Source: a virus (taxonomy: Duplodnaviria; Caudoviricetes). Taken from it: a DNA stretch of 64,000 nt. Shown in pieces: positions 1 to 10,300 of this stretch. The notes below the pieces were generated by a model, which was not told the DNA's origin, searched no databases, and was given only the letters and a program-made list of their open reading frames with translations. The stretch covers positions 4,870 to 68,869 of IMG/VR virus record IMGVR_UViG_2974621456_000001; one strand, 5' to 3'. Position 1 is the stretch's first letter. Every line of letters begins with the position of its first letter. The translations under genes were made by a program, and so were the position numbers.

Positions 1-93
1 TTTGAAAAGCGTTTAATTACAGGGCAATACGACGATTACATTCGTTCTGTGATGGCAAAGGGTCGTGCCGAGTACGCAGCGCGCCACCGATAG
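1..93 (+). CDS. 3' end of an upstream head gene (partial; possibly a minor capsid/maturation protein)
   Basis: Frame 1 is open from the window edge (FEKRLITGQYDDYIRSVMAKGRAEYAARHR) to TAG at 91-93. Function is guessed only from its position before the scaffold gene. Confidence 0.4.
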   Translation, partial: FEKRLITGQYDDYIRSVMAKGRAEYAARHR

Positions 94-233
94 GCACGGC
101 GGGGCATGGCCAGCCAGACCGATTGCGACACGCCGGGATTGACCCTCGTTCAAGCTTGCCGTTTGGGTCGGGCCACGCCTATTATGTGCTTAGCGGTCGT
201 GCCCCGATTTCGAGTGAAAAGGCAAGTAACACA

Positions 234-1004
234 ATGACTTCCACAAATCCCCTGATTCTGTGGCCGATCCTCCCATTTGGTGGCGAAGATCAGCAAGGTG
301 GTTCAAACAATGCTGATGGCAATGCTTCGGGACAATCTGGACAACAGTCGAATGGTCAAGGGAATCAAGGCAATTCGCAACAGCAAGGGAATCAATCGAA
401 TAACCAAGGAAATCAAGGTAATTCGGGCGATTCTGACGATGATGACCCTTACGCTGGTTTGTCTGCGAAGGAATTGAAACGTCTACTTGCTGACTCCGAA
501 TCAAAGCGCGAAAGTGCTGAGACAGAACGGGATTCGACCAAGCAAACGCTCACTCAGAAAGAGCGTGAAAAGCTTGATGAGACAGAACGTCTCAAGGTTG
601 AGAAGCAAGAAGATGCTTCTACCATTGAACAGCTTCGTGCCACGAACGCAAAGTTGGCCATTGTCAACGCAATTGGCAACGATGACCGATTCTCTTGGCA
701 CAACACGGATTTGGTCGCTGACCAATTGAATCGTGATGCCGTCAAGGTTGATGACAAAGGCAACGTTACCGGGCTTGCAAAAGAGCTTGGACGTGTTGCC
801 AAGGATCATCCGTACTTGCTGAAAAGTGATGGACAGCAAGACAATTCGCAACAACAGAACAACCAACAGCAACAGAGCAACAACAATGCTGGTGGTGGCC
901 AAACAGGCTTTCAGCCCGGACAGGGCGGTTCCAACTCCGGCAATCTCGATCAGAACGCAGCCGAGTTGGCGAAAAAGTACCCGGCTCTTGCAAATCGGTT
1001 GTGA
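234..1004 (+). CDS. capsid scaffolding protein
   Basis: ATG at 234 after AAAAGG. Q/N/G-rich low-complexity ends, central coiled coil, position upstream of decoration and capsid genes. Confidence 0.75.
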   Translation: MTSTNPLILWPILPFGGEDQQGGSNNADGNASGQSGQQSNGQGNQGNSQQQGNQSNNQGNQGNSGDSDDDDPYAGLSAKELKRLLADSESKRESAETERDSTKQTLTQKEREKLDETERLKVEKQEDASTIEQLRATNAKLAIVNAIGNDDRFSWHNTDLVADQLNRDAVKVDDKGNVTGLAKELGRVAKDHPYLLKSDGQQDNSQQQNNQQQQSNNNAGGGQTGFQPGQGGSNSGNLDQNAAELAKKYPALANRL

Positions 1005-1042
1005 GACAAGGTATTTCCCGACGGGAATCTGGAAGGTAGGAA

Positions 1043-1471
1043 ATGGCTAGATACGACAAGTACGATCCTAAGAACGGTGGGTATCGCGGTACCCTTGCCG
1101 CTGATTGGGATTCGGACGATGTAGAGCAAGCGGTGGCTGTTGGCCACGATGCAAATGGTCGAGTTGTCAAGGGAGCTGGCGTTTCTGGCGTAAAGGGTGT
1201 CTTGGTTCTTACCAAGGCATACAAGGCCGGTGAGCGAATCGACGTCATGACTTCCGGCGATATCGTGGAGTTTGGTCCGAATGATGGAACTTCGGTTCCT
1301 GGAACGGATTTCGCTGGTCCCAGCGAAAACTACTACGGTCACGCTGATGGCACCGTTACCGAAACCCAAGGAACCGATGGGGTTTACATCGGTCACACCG
1401 TGGACAATGGCCAACGGCTTGTTGTTCGCGTTGTCCCTGTTGCCGCCATTCCGGCAGTGGAAGCGCCGTAA
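1043..1471 (+). CDS. head decoration / minor capsid protein
   Basis: 142 aa, G/V-rich beta-type protein between scaffold and major capsid; GGTAGGAA RBS. Confidence 0.6.
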   Translation: MARYDKYDPKNGGYRGTLAADWDSDDVEQAVAVGHDANGRVVKGAGVSGVKGVLVLTKAYKAGERIDVMTSGDIVEFGPNDGTSVPGTDFAGPSENYYGHADGTVTETQGTDGVYIGHTVDNGQRLVVRVVPVAAIPAVEAP

Positions 1472-1489
1472 GGGAAGGATTGAAATAAC

Positions 1490-2722
1490 ATGAAAACCCT
1501 TATGACGAAACGGGATTCGGAAATGAATTTTGAGCACATGCTGGCGCGTGCTGGTCTGCTCTCTCTGCCCTACGGCGGGGAAGATGATCCATCCGGTGGT
1601 TACGGTACTGCCGGTGACATTGTTTACACCACGAACGATGGCGTAGACCTGAACCAACTTTGGACCGAAGCTCAAGCGGCACTTGCTGTTTGGAATGCGG
1701 GTCGTTCAAAGTTGGTCAATCTCATGACGTTTGACGTTGAAAATGAGATTGAATCGGTGCCGCAAGTTGGTGAAGCAACCTTTGAGCTGGCCTCTGAATT
1801 CGGTGAGCCGGAAGGTGAGCGAATCAAGCTTGGTTACTTCCAATTGGGTTACGACTTCAAGGATTACGACCGGGCGACTCGTTTCACCTACCGTTTCCTT
1901 CGTGACGCTGATGCCCGCCAAGTTCAGGCCATCAACAACGCGATGCTTCAAGCGGATGAGCGACTTGTTTTCAAGCAAGTCATGGCAGCGATTTTCGATA
2001 ACCGCAATCGTGTTGCGGACATTCGGAATAACCCCTATAACGTGTATGCGTTGTACAACGGTGACGCTACCGTTCCCCCGCCGTACCGTGGCACGACTTT
2101 CACTGCGCCACATAGCCATTACTTGGTTTCTGGTGGCGCAAAGATTGACTCTGGTGATCTGGAAGATGCCTATGAGCACATTGCAGAGCACGGCTATTCG
2201 ATCGAGAACGGTACGCAGATCGTTTGCTTGCTGAATCGTCAAGAGCTGAAAGAGATTCGGAAGTTCCGACAGGGCCAGGAAAACAACAACGGCAAGATTG
2301 CCGAGTACGATTTCATCCCCGGTCGTGGTCAGCCGACTCAAATCATTGATACGCCACTGGGATTGCTTGGTTCTCTCCCGCCGGATACGTGGAATGGCTT
2401 GCGCGTCTACGGTTCTTATGGCGATATCCTGCTGATTGAAGAGCCTTTCATTCCAGCTGGATACTTCCTGATGTTCGGTACTGGTGGAGCTGGCAACCTT
2501 CAAAACCTCGTTGGTTTCCGGCAACACAAGAATGCTGTGTACCGTGGTCTTCGGATCATGCCGGGACGGGATCAGCGTTACCCGCTGATTGAGTCCTACT
2601 ACACCAGGGCATTCGGTACCGGTATTCGTCAGCGCGCCGGTGGTGTTGTCATGCAGATCAAGGCATCTGGAAACTACACGATTCCGGACGCTTTCAATCG
2701 TGACATGGCATTGATTGCCTAA
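1490..2722 (+). CDS. major capsid protein
   Basis: 410 aa; synteny (scaffold-decoration-capsid-adaptor); strong RBS; size typical of HK97-fold capsid proteins. Confidence 0.85.
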   Translation: MKTLMTKRDSEMNFEHMLARAGLLSLPYGGEDDPSGGYGTAGDIVYTTNDGVDLNQLWTEAQAALAVWNAGRSKLVNLMTFDVENEIESVPQVGEATFELASEFGEPEGERIKLGYFQLGYDFKDYDRATRFTYRFLRDADARQVQAINNAMLQADERLVFKQVMAAIFDNRNRVADIRNNPYNVYALYNGDATVPPPYRGTTFTAPHSHYLVSGGAKIDSGDLEDAYEHIAEHGYSIENGTQIVCLLNRQELKEIRKFRQGQENNNGKIAEYDFIPGRGQPTQIIDTPLGLLGSLPPDTWNGLRVYGSYGDILLIEEPFIPAGYFLMFGTGGAGNLQNLVGFRQHKNAVYRGLRIMPGRDQRYPLIESYYTRAFGTGIRQRAGGVVMQIKASGNYTIPDAFNRDMALIA

Positions 2723-2727
2723 GTGAT

Positions 2728-2774
2728 TGGGGGACAAGGGTTTTGATGATTCTTCTCAATTCCCTTGTCCCCCA
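2728..2774 (+). terminator. hairpin after capsid gene (terminator or stabiliser)
   Basis: Perfect 13-bp inverted repeat TGGGGGACAAGGG (2728-2740) / CCCTTGTCCCCCA (2762-2774); no long U-tract. Confidence 0.5.
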
Positions 2775-2801
2775 CCACCTTTCAACCAACTAGGAGGATT
2801 T

Positions 2802-3116
2802 ATGTCCAGGGTCATTGAGAACGACCATCCGTTTACGGATGATGAAATCGAGTACGTACTTTCTCGTTCCGGTGGTGCGTCCATCGTTGCAGCGAACAAG
2901 CGTGATTTTCCGCAAGATGAATCAAAGTCCAAGAGCGACAAGAAAACTGGCGCTGTTGAGCTTGACCCCGAAATCGTGGAGTTCGTCAAGGGTCTCGATT
3001 CCGATGGCGTTGATGCAAAGTTCAAGGAACTTGGAATCGAGTGCAGCGCAACGGAATCCAAGGAAAAGAAGCTCGAACTGGCAAAGGCTCTGCAAGCCAA
3101 GAAAGACACTGAATAA
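2802..3116 (+). CDS. hypothetical head-region protein
   Basis: ATG at 2802 with TAGGAGG RBS; 104 aa, charged. Confidence 0.6.
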   Translation: MSRVIENDHPFTDDEIEYVLSRSGGASIVAANKRDFPQDESKSKSDKKTGAVELDPEIVEFVKGLDSDGVDAKFKELGIECSATESKEKKLELAKALQAKKDTE

Positions 3117-3118
3117 CA

Positions 3119-3463
3119 GTGGTCACGCCAGAACAAATCGCATTGGTCAAGATGCTGTTGCCTACGGCGGCAATATCTGATTATGAGTGGACTGATGAGT
3201 TCATCGAAACCCTAATGACCACAAGGGGTTTCAGTCCCACTCAAGCCGTGCGATTTTTCTGGCTACAGCGAGTCAACGAGACCGCAGAGTACCTAGATAT
3301 CAACGAAAAGCCACTTACCCAAATCCATAAGCAGGCAAAGGAAATGCTTGATTATTGGGACTTGGTTCTTAAGGGTGGCCCTGACGCGATAGAGCCAAAT
3401 ACACGCTCTCCCATCAGCTTTGGGGAAATCGAAAGGCCAGAAGGATATGTCCGCTCCCGTTAG
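3119..3463 (+). CDS. head-to-tail adaptor
   Basis: 114 aa helical protein, first of the connector genes by synteny. Confidence 0.55.
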   Translation: MVTPEQIALVKMLLPTAAISDYEWTDEFIETLMTTRGFSPTQAVRFFWLQRVNETAEYLDINEKPLTQIHKQAKEMLDYWDLVLKGGPDAIEPNTRSPISFGEIERPEGYVRSR

Positions 3464-3875
3464 CAATAGCGAGTTGCGGGTTTTGCCTGCCCTGAAAAAG
3501 GCTACTGATCTTTCGATCCGATTTGACCCTCGCACAATCGAATTGGTGCCAAATACCAGGGTCCAGAAGCCAGGCGGGGTATACGACAACGAAGCTCAAA
3601 CCCCAAGGGCACCACAGACTTTCAACGTCATTCCAATCTCATCCACGTTGGGTGGTCGTTCTGGCTCTGTTGATCGAACCGTGGAAAGCGATGGGGTTAA
3701 AGGACATTCGTGGTTCTTCTACCTTGTGGGTCGTCATGATGCCGAAATGGCCATCGGTGACACTTGGAAAGACGGAACGACTGACTACCGGATCATTAGC
3801 CTCATGCCTAAGAACGATTACGAAAGACGTGCCGTAGTAGAGGCTTTCGGGAAAGACCCCAACTATGGCAACTAA
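3447..3875 (+). CDS. head-to-tail stopper
   Basis: ATG at 3447 with AGAAGGA RBS; the C-terminal ...GDTWKDGTTDYRIISL... pattern resembles stopper proteins; synteny. Confidence 0.55.
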   Translation: MSAPVSNSELRVLPALKKATDLSIRFDPRTIELVPNTRVQKPGGVYDNEAQTPRAPQTFNVIPISSTLGGRSGSVDRTVESDGVKGHSWFFYLVGRHDAEMAIGDTWKDGTTDYRIISLMPKNDYERRAVVEAFGKDPNYGN

Positions 3876-4245
3876 GGTCCAGATGACGTGGACGAACGTT
3901 AAGAACTTAGAGAAAGAAATCTCTACGTTCGATGAGCGCATGAAGATGGACATAACGGGAATCTTCTTGCGCAACAAGCCACTTGCTGAAAAGTACATGC
4001 GCGAAAATGCGCCTTGGCAGGATCAAACAACCAATGCGCGCAACGGTCTTCACGCAGAGGTTGAGTCAGACTTTGATACTTTTTGGGAATTGCTTTGTGC
4101 CCATTCGGTTTTCTATGGCATCTACCTTGAGACCAGGTTTTCTGGCAAGTACGCAATCATCATGCCGACGGTAATTCACTTCGGAAATCAGATGATTCAA
4201 CAAATGTCCCGCATCATGGCTAAGCGGGGAGGTCAAGAGCTATGA
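3865..4245 (+). CDS. HK97 gp10-like neck/tail completion protein
   Basis: APWQDQTTNARNGL and YGIYLE motifs resemble this family; synteny. Confidence 0.55.
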   Translation: MATKVQMTWTNVKNLEKEISTFDERMKMDITGIFLRNKPLAEKYMRENAPWQDQTTNARNGLHAEVESDFDTFWELLCAHSVFYGIYLETRFSGKYAIIMPTVIHFGNQMIQQMSRIMAKRGGQEL

Positions 4246-4655
4246 GCCGTGCGGCTGTTTTTGATGCTCTGATTTCAGACCCGCAACTGAACGGGTATGG
4301 ACTGAATGACGCTACGGTCTTTCACAACTGGTCAACAGAGGAAAGACCAACCAACAGTGGACCTTTTGCAATCTTGAAGTGGGGAGCAACCAATGCCCCG
4401 TACTGGCAAAAGGTGAAAGCTCCCTTGCCCCTTCAAGTTTGGATTCACTACCCCGAAGTTTTGACGAATGATTATGGCAAGATTGACAACGTGCTTGACC
4501 GTATTGATGAGGTTCTTTCGGCACAACGCGATGTTGTCGGAAGTGATGGGCGCACACTGAGTTTCGTTCGTTTGGGTGGTCGCTCTGGTGACCTTCCCGA
4601 TGACGGATTTGCAACCATCACCAAAAACGCTAACTACGAAGTGTTTTACCGTTAA
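4242..4655 (+). CDS. tail terminator
   Basis: 137 aa, ATGA-coupled, upstream of the major tail gene. Confidence 0.55.
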   Translation: MSRAAVFDALISDPQLNGYGLNDATVFHNWSTEERPTNSGPFAILKWGATNAPYWQKVKAPLPLQVWIHYPEVLTNDYGKIDNVLDRIDEVLSAQRDVVGSDGRTLSFVRLGGRSGDLPDDGFATITKNANYEVFYR

Positions 4656-4672
4656 GAGAAAGGGTCACCCAA

Positions 4673-5035
4673 ATGTCCGATGATTCAAGTGTTTTCGATC
4701 CAGAGTCACCAGCGGTTGCGTCTTCTCCCGCTGATGAAAAAGACCCGTTGAAGGGCTTGCCCCCAACCGTGAAGGTTGAAGAAGCAAGGGCACCAATGGC
4801 TTTGAAGCAACCGGATAAGTCAGCACATGGTCCGTGGGTCCAGTACAACGGAGTTGCAACCGTTCGCATCATGCAAGCGAAGGACTGGAAAGAGGTTGGC
4901 GTTGATTCCACGAAGTATTGTGAGTGGAACTACCTGAACAAAAAGCGTTTGCCCGTAACGTCTTTCACGGATGAAGAGCTGCAATACCTGCTTCGTATCG
5001 ATGGCCGATTCTCGGTCGTTGAGGACGAAAACTGA
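4673..5035 (+). CDS. hypothetical protein
   Basis: 120 aa ORF with GAAAGGG RBS. Confidence 0.6.
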   Translation: MSDDSSVFDPESPAVASSPADEKDPLKGLPPTVKVEEARAPMALKQPDKSAHGPWVQYNGVATVRIMQAKDWKEVGVDSTKYCEWNYLNKKRLPVTSFTDEELQYLLRIDGRFSVVEDEN

Positions 5036-5038
5036 ATC

Positions 5039-5275
5039 ATGACAACAGCACTCGCTATCCAACTTCGTTGCAGAAGTAAGCTACAAGGGATCATCAAGAA
5101 ATACTCAGATGACAAGGTACTCTTGGAGATTCGTTGCAAGGATAAGTGGTGCGCAGATCGAAGCGCGGGAGTTGTTGTCCTGCACTACTTTAACGTCGAA
5201 ACAGGCGAGTTAGATCATACAAAGAAGTTCCGTGACCCAAAGCGTCCGGTTCGACGAAAGGTGAAGAAACAATGA
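5039..5275 (+). CDS. small basic hypothetical protein (possible Zn-binding)
   Basis: 78 aa with RC...RCKDKWC cysteines; ATGA overlap with the major tail gene. Confidence 0.5.
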   Translation: MTTALAIQLRCRSKLQGIIKKYSDDKVLLEIRCKDKWCADRSAGVVVLHYFNVETGELDHTKKFRDPKRPVRRKVKKQ

Positions 5276-6120
5276 GTTCTCCTGTGCCCGTTGCACTTCC
5301 GTTTGGTATGCGGGACTGCAAGATTTACCCCTACCTTGATCAACAGGGGACGATTCTTGCGGAATCCGGTTTTGATCTTCCCAACTCGCAAACGTTCAGC
5401 TTTGCTGACTCCGAAGACTTTACTGATCTTCGTGGTGATGATGAACTAGTTGCCACGCATGGCAATGGCGCGCAAGTGAATTGGACCCTTGAGGCAGGCG
5501 GCATTGCGCTTCAAATTTGGGCGATCTTCACTGGTGGTCAAATCATCGAAACTGGTACTGCCCCGAATCGTGTTATCACGCTTCGTAAGTGCTCTGATGA
5601 TGCCCGGCCTTACTTCCAGGTCAAGGGTCAGATCATGTCTGATTCTGGTGGTGACGTTACCGCCGTGGTTTACCGTGCAAAGTGCAACGGTGACATTTCC
5701 GGTCAGTTCGCAGATGGTCAGTTCTTCGTGACTTCTGCTGACGGCATTGGTCTTCCGATTCCCGGAACCAAGTTGCTTTACGATATCGCGCAACATGAAA
5801 CCCGTACGTTCCTTTCGGTCACGCCTGATCCTCTGCCGGTCATGCCGCCGAAAAACGTTATGGTGGGCAATGTTTCGGATACCGGAGCTACGGTCATCTG
5901 GGAGCCGGTTACCGGAGTCACCGGATACGTTGTTGAGTCTTCCGCTGATGATGGAACCACTTGGGTTGCTTTGACTCCCGCGCCAACTGGCGCAACCGCA
6001 ACCCTTTCCACTCTGACAGAGGACACGGATTACCTGGTCCGTGTTGCGTCGAAGATTGGTACCGACGTGAGTTACTTCTCCACTCCGGTTCCCTTCCACA
6101 CGCTGGAAACCACTCCGTAA
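5272..6120 (+). CDS. major tail protein with C-terminal fibronectin type III domain
   Basis: N-terminal ~185 aa tail-tube-like. The C-terminus (PPKNVMVGNVSDTGATVIWEP...Y.V...L...TDYLVRV) has the FN3 pattern. Upstream of chaperone and tape measure. Confidence 0.85.
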   Translation: MSSPVPVALPFGMRDCKIYPYLDQQGTILAESGFDLPNSQTFSFADSEDFTDLRGDDELVATHGNGAQVNWTLEAGGIALQIWAIFTGGQIIETGTAPNRVITLRKCSDDARPYFQVKGQIMSDSGGDVTAVVYRAKCNGDISGQFADGQFFVTSADGIGLPIPGTKLLYDIAQHETRTFLSVTPDPLPVMPPKNVMVGNVSDTGATVIWEPVTGVTGYVVESSADDGTTWVALTPAPTGATATLSTLTEDTDYLVRVASKIGTDVSYFSTPVPFHTLETTP

Positions 6121-6126
6121 GTTGTT

Positions 6127-6143
6127 GAAAGCCAAAGGCTTTC
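6127..6143 (+). terminator. short hairpin after major tail gene
   Basis: GAAAGCC-AAA-GGCTTTC followed by GTT. Confidence 0.35.
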
Positions 6144-6174
6144 GTTAAACCTAGATTCCGAAAGAGGAACGTAA

Positions 6175-7008
6175 ATGTCCTATCCTGGTGTTGACCCCGC
6201 CGTACTTGAAAAGCTGAATCCTGTTGGGACACAGGAGAGTTCGGCGGGGAATCCCAAGGTTGCTCGGTCCATCGTTGAAGATGAGATTGCAGAAGCAACC
6301 CAATTCAAAGCTTCAAATCCGTTGCTGGCCAGTGCATCTGAGACGATGCATGAAAGCGCTTTGCGTGACCCAATTGCAAGCAACGATCAAATCAAGGCAG
6401 CCGTTGCGGATATGTTTGCGCTGCAACCTAGTTGGCAACCACGTGGTGTTACCAAGTTCGTGATTGATTGCCCTAGTGGGCAAAAGATTCTGGCGCGTCA
6501 CTTGGATACGATGGCATTGCTTGAGGCCGATCTAATCGAAGAGATCGATTTCTTCACAAAGCGTTTGTTTCCAAGTGAATTGGACGCTGGTGGCAACATC
6601 GTTGAAAAGCCAGAAGAAGAGGCCGAAGCATCGATTTGGTCAGTGCTTCGTGATCCTGAAAAGCGTTGCCGTTTCTTCCGATTGCTCAATGGTTTGATGG
6701 CTACGGCAGTAGAGCAACCGAAGATCGTTGATGATGGCGTTGAAATCCTAACGGACACAGAGGGAAAGAAGCACGTCGTTACTGGCGCGGAACTTTCCCC
6801 CGAAGATCATCTAGTGGTTTTCAAAAAGCCTTTGCGTGAACTTGGGCCAAACGAAACCTACGCTAGCGCAGTCGATTTCGCTGACAAGATGGCGATCTTT
6901 GGAGAACTAAACAAACCATTGGCGTTGATCACACCCTTTCGCAACGAACAGGCAGTTAGCCTGGCGCGTATGGCATCAAGCGAAAGCGTTGGGCATTCGC
7001 CCGAGTGA
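6175..7008 (+). CDS. tail assembly chaperone (G-like)
   Basis: 277 aa between major tail and tape measure genes. Confidence 0.8.
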   Translation: MSYPGVDPAVLEKLNPVGTQESSAGNPKVARSIVEDEIAEATQFKASNPLLASASETMHESALRDPIASNDQIKAAVADMFALQPSWQPRGVTKFVIDCPSGQKILARHLDTMALLEADLIEEIDFFTKRLFPSELDAGGNIVEKPEEEAEASIWSVLRDPEKRCRFFRLLNGLMATAVEQPKIVDDGVEILTDTEGKKHVVTGAELSPEDHLVVFKKPLRELGPNETYASAVDFADKMAIFGELNKPLALITPFRNEQAVSLARMASSESVGHSPE

Positions 7009-7312
7009 ATTGTATGGTGTCACTTGGCCTTTGGCAGCGTTTTACCTTGATAGAGGTTTGTATTGGTGGGCTAGTTTCGTAGAGGGCCGAATGAACGAAG
7101 TGGAGGCAACCGTGCGCAACCAAATGAAAAACAAAAGGGGCGCAGACGCTTTCGTTCATTCAGCACGGACAGCGGCATACAACAAACTCATGGGTCTAAG
7201 TGTTGCTTCTGCATACCGTCAACCTCACAACTTCAATGCGGCGAAACCAAAAGGTGCGAAACCTGTTGCAGCACAAGGGAAGTCCTTTGACCAGAATCTA
7301 TTTGGTGGGTAG
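6938..7312 (+). CDS. tail assembly chaperone frameshift extension (T-like), reached by a +1 shift
   Basis: The +1 frame is open from 6929 (ATNRQLAWRVWHQAKALGIRPSELYGV...) with no convincing start or RBS of its own. The -1 frame stops within a few codons. Confidence 0.7.
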   Translation, partial: FATNRQLAWRVWHQAKALGIRPSELYGVTWPLAAFYLDRGLYWWASFVEGRMNEVEATVRNQMKNKRGADAFVHSARTAAYNKLMGLSVASAYRQPHNFNAAKPKGAKPVAAQGKSFDQNLFGG

Positions 7313-7318
7313 CGCACA

Positions 7319-10300
7319 ATGTCAATGATTGATATCGGTACTGCAACCGGCAAGGTTCGGATCGAGTACGAATCGGCGGGAGCTGCCAAGGTAACTAAAG
7401 AGTTTGAGTCGATCAAAAAGCAATCCCAAGGTAGCGTAAGCTCTTTCGCCACTTGGGCCGAAAAGATCGGCATGAACTCTGGTGCCCTCAAGCAATACAA
7501 CGATATTCAGAAGCAAGTCAACGAAGCAACAAAGGCTGCAAAGACTTTCGAGCAAAACCTAGCGAATGTTCGTCAACGGTCTAACTCGACCTTCAAGCAA
7601 AATTTCAACGCCAACATGTTGCAGATTGCTTCGCAAAAATCGTTGGCCGATATCAAAAAGATTGCTGCACAAGCTGAAAAAGAACTACCGATGGCTTTGG
7701 CCCAAGCCGGTTCTAAGTCTGCCAGTGAGTTCTCGAAAACCTTTGAGCGCCAAGGGATTCTAGGTGTTCAAAAATCAAGCTCAAAGATCGGTCAAATTGC
7801 CGGTTCTGCAATGGGTGTTGCCCTTAAGGGTGGTGCTCTTGCTGCCGCTGGTGTTGCTGCCGCTGCGGTAGCTGGTGTGGGTTATACACTCACACAAGGC
7901 TTTTCACGTCTTGAACGAATCGATTCCGCTAACTTCAAGCTAAAAGCCTTGGGGCACAGTGGTAAAGAAGTTCAGACGATCATGAAGTCTGCCAACGAAG
8001 CTGTTGACAAAACGGCTTACTCGTTGGATTCAGCCGCAACCATTGCGGCACAAGCGGTTGCCGCTGGTATCAAACCGGGAAAGCAACTGACGCAATACAT
8101 TTCAAACGTTGCGGATAGTGCTGCGATTGCGAACGTTTCGCTTGACCAAATGGGCGGCATCTTCAACGGTATCGTTGCAACGAATCGTGTTTATATTGGC
8201 GATCTTTCGGCACTTGGCAACCTTGGTATTCCGATCATTCAAGCCTTGGCCAAAGAGTATGGCGTAACAGAGGCCAAGCTCTCTGACATGGTTACGAAGG
8301 GTGAAGTTGATTCGGCACATTTCCTAAGTGCCATCAACAACAACTTCTCTGGTGCTGCGAAGAAGATGGGCGAATCCATCAGTGGCGCAGCGGCAAACAT
8401 GAAAACAGCCATTGCCCGCCTTGGCGCGAATTTCCTTGCGCCACTGTTCGGTCAAGTGGGTTCCGGTGATCAGGGCAACGCAATTGCCTTGGCAATAGCC
8501 AAGATTCAGCAAGGTATCGATGGCCTGTCGAACTTCTTGAAGTCTCATCAAAAGGGACTCATCGATTTTTGGGCAGGAATCGGCAAGGCTGCATTGATCG
8601 TTGGTCGTGTAATCCTTGATGTAGCAAGCTTTATCAGTGATGCCGTCGTCAAAATCACGGAAGTCTTTGGGGACGTTGTTGGTTGGGGTGCTCAAGCTGC
8701 GGCCGCAATTGCTGACACCTTTGGTGGGGATGGCGTTGCGAAGAACATTCGTGAGTTTGCCGACAACATGCACAACCTTGGTACGGGTCTACGTGAAAAC
8801 CGAGATAAGAACTTGCCCAAGTTCTTTCAGAAGCTTGATGACGGTTGGGCAGCAATCAACAATTGGTCTGATGCCACTAAGAAAGCTGCCGATGAAACCG
8901 CTGATATGGGCGACGATGCTGGTAGCGCAGCGCCAAAGGTTCAGACCTTCACGGAAGCCCTTGAGGCACTTGGGGTTACGGTTGACGCTACCCGTAAGGG
9001 TATCGAAGGATCGAACGAAGATTTTGAAGAGTTTCTAAAGACGTTGGCAGACAAGAAAGCTCCGCAAGACCTAATTGATACGGTCAAGAATCTTCGGAAG
9101 TCTTTCGATGAAAGTGGGCGTGGCGCAAAGCAATTCGCCGATGCAGTCCAAAAGCTAAGTGACAAAACAGTTTCCGCAGACGACAAGGCCAACAGTCTTA
9201 TTGAGGCTTTGCGGACTCTTGGCGTTATCCCGGCTGGCAGTGCTCTAGAGGACTACAACAAGACGCTTGGTGAAATCACTGATGCACAAGCGAATTTGGT
9301 TGACGTGCTTGATGCCACCGGCGGGGCACTGATCAATCAGAATGGTGAAATCAACACCAGCACTAAGAACGGTCAGAGCCTCTTTGAGACCATCGAAAAA
9401 GCCCAAAAGGCTCTGTTCACCTTGGCGGCATCTGGTGAAGCAAACCCGCAAGAGACTTGGCAACGTACGCATGACGGTCTTTTGTTGGTACTCAACGACT
9501 TTGGCATTTTTGGCGATCAAGCCGAAGAGCTGATTAAAAAGTACCTTAGTGACCCGCATGACTTTGAAGTTGTCTATGGCGCAAAGAACTATGGTCCCGT
9601 TCAGCAACAGATGGAATCTCTGTTTTTGCAGGTTGAAGCTGCAAAGAAGAACGGAGACAACAAGATTGAGTTTGGTCTGAACATTGACCAAGCCAATGCC
9701 GAAGACCTCAAAAAGCAAGTTGAGGACTTGGGTGGTATCTGGAAACAGTACGATCCCATTACCGGTACTGCCATCGTGGATATCCCGTCGAACGTGGATA
9801 TCACTGCGAAACGTGAAGCGTACGAAAAGATTTGGAACAAAGACCCTGCCAAGCTTGATTCAGAGCTGAATGTCACAACCAAGGCAAACGATATTGTCAA
9901 CGAGGTTACCGGTGGTCCTGGTAATTCTTTGCATATCCCAACGGTTTTGGATGTTCAGAACCCCGAAGTTGTTCCCGGTGGAAAGCCAGGGCCAGCGAAT
10001 GATGCTGCGCCACAAGGGCCACCGTTATTTCAGGGTCCAGGGCTTGACCCGAAAACCGGTAAGCCATACCCGTTGCCACCAGGGCCATTTAATCCGAAGA
10101 GCCAAACACCAAGTGACGCTTTGGTTCCCGATGATTTGGGTGGCTTGTTAGGTGGGGATGGTTCCTACACTCTTTCGGAAGATCAGAAGAAACAACTAAT
10201 CGATCTTGCGAACAACAAGGATGCACTCAACAAGGCTTTGAGTGAAAACCCTGCCATCGCAGAGCAATTGCAAGGTTTGGTTGACCAAGCTAACGCGCAA

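Noticed and set aside
294-960. Q/N/G low-complexity repeats in the scaffold as a prion-like feature
   Set aside because: Flexible low-complexity linkers are common in phage scaffolds, and nothing else supports a special role.
1706-2737. Long minus-strand ORFs (also 5446-6135 and 40225-41232)
   Set aside because: They are antisense shadows of clear + strand genes, with no motifs or RBS.
6800-7008. Canonical -1 slippery heptamer for the tail chaperone
   Set aside because: The downstream ORF is in the +1 frame, and the -1 frame hits TAG at 6957-6959.
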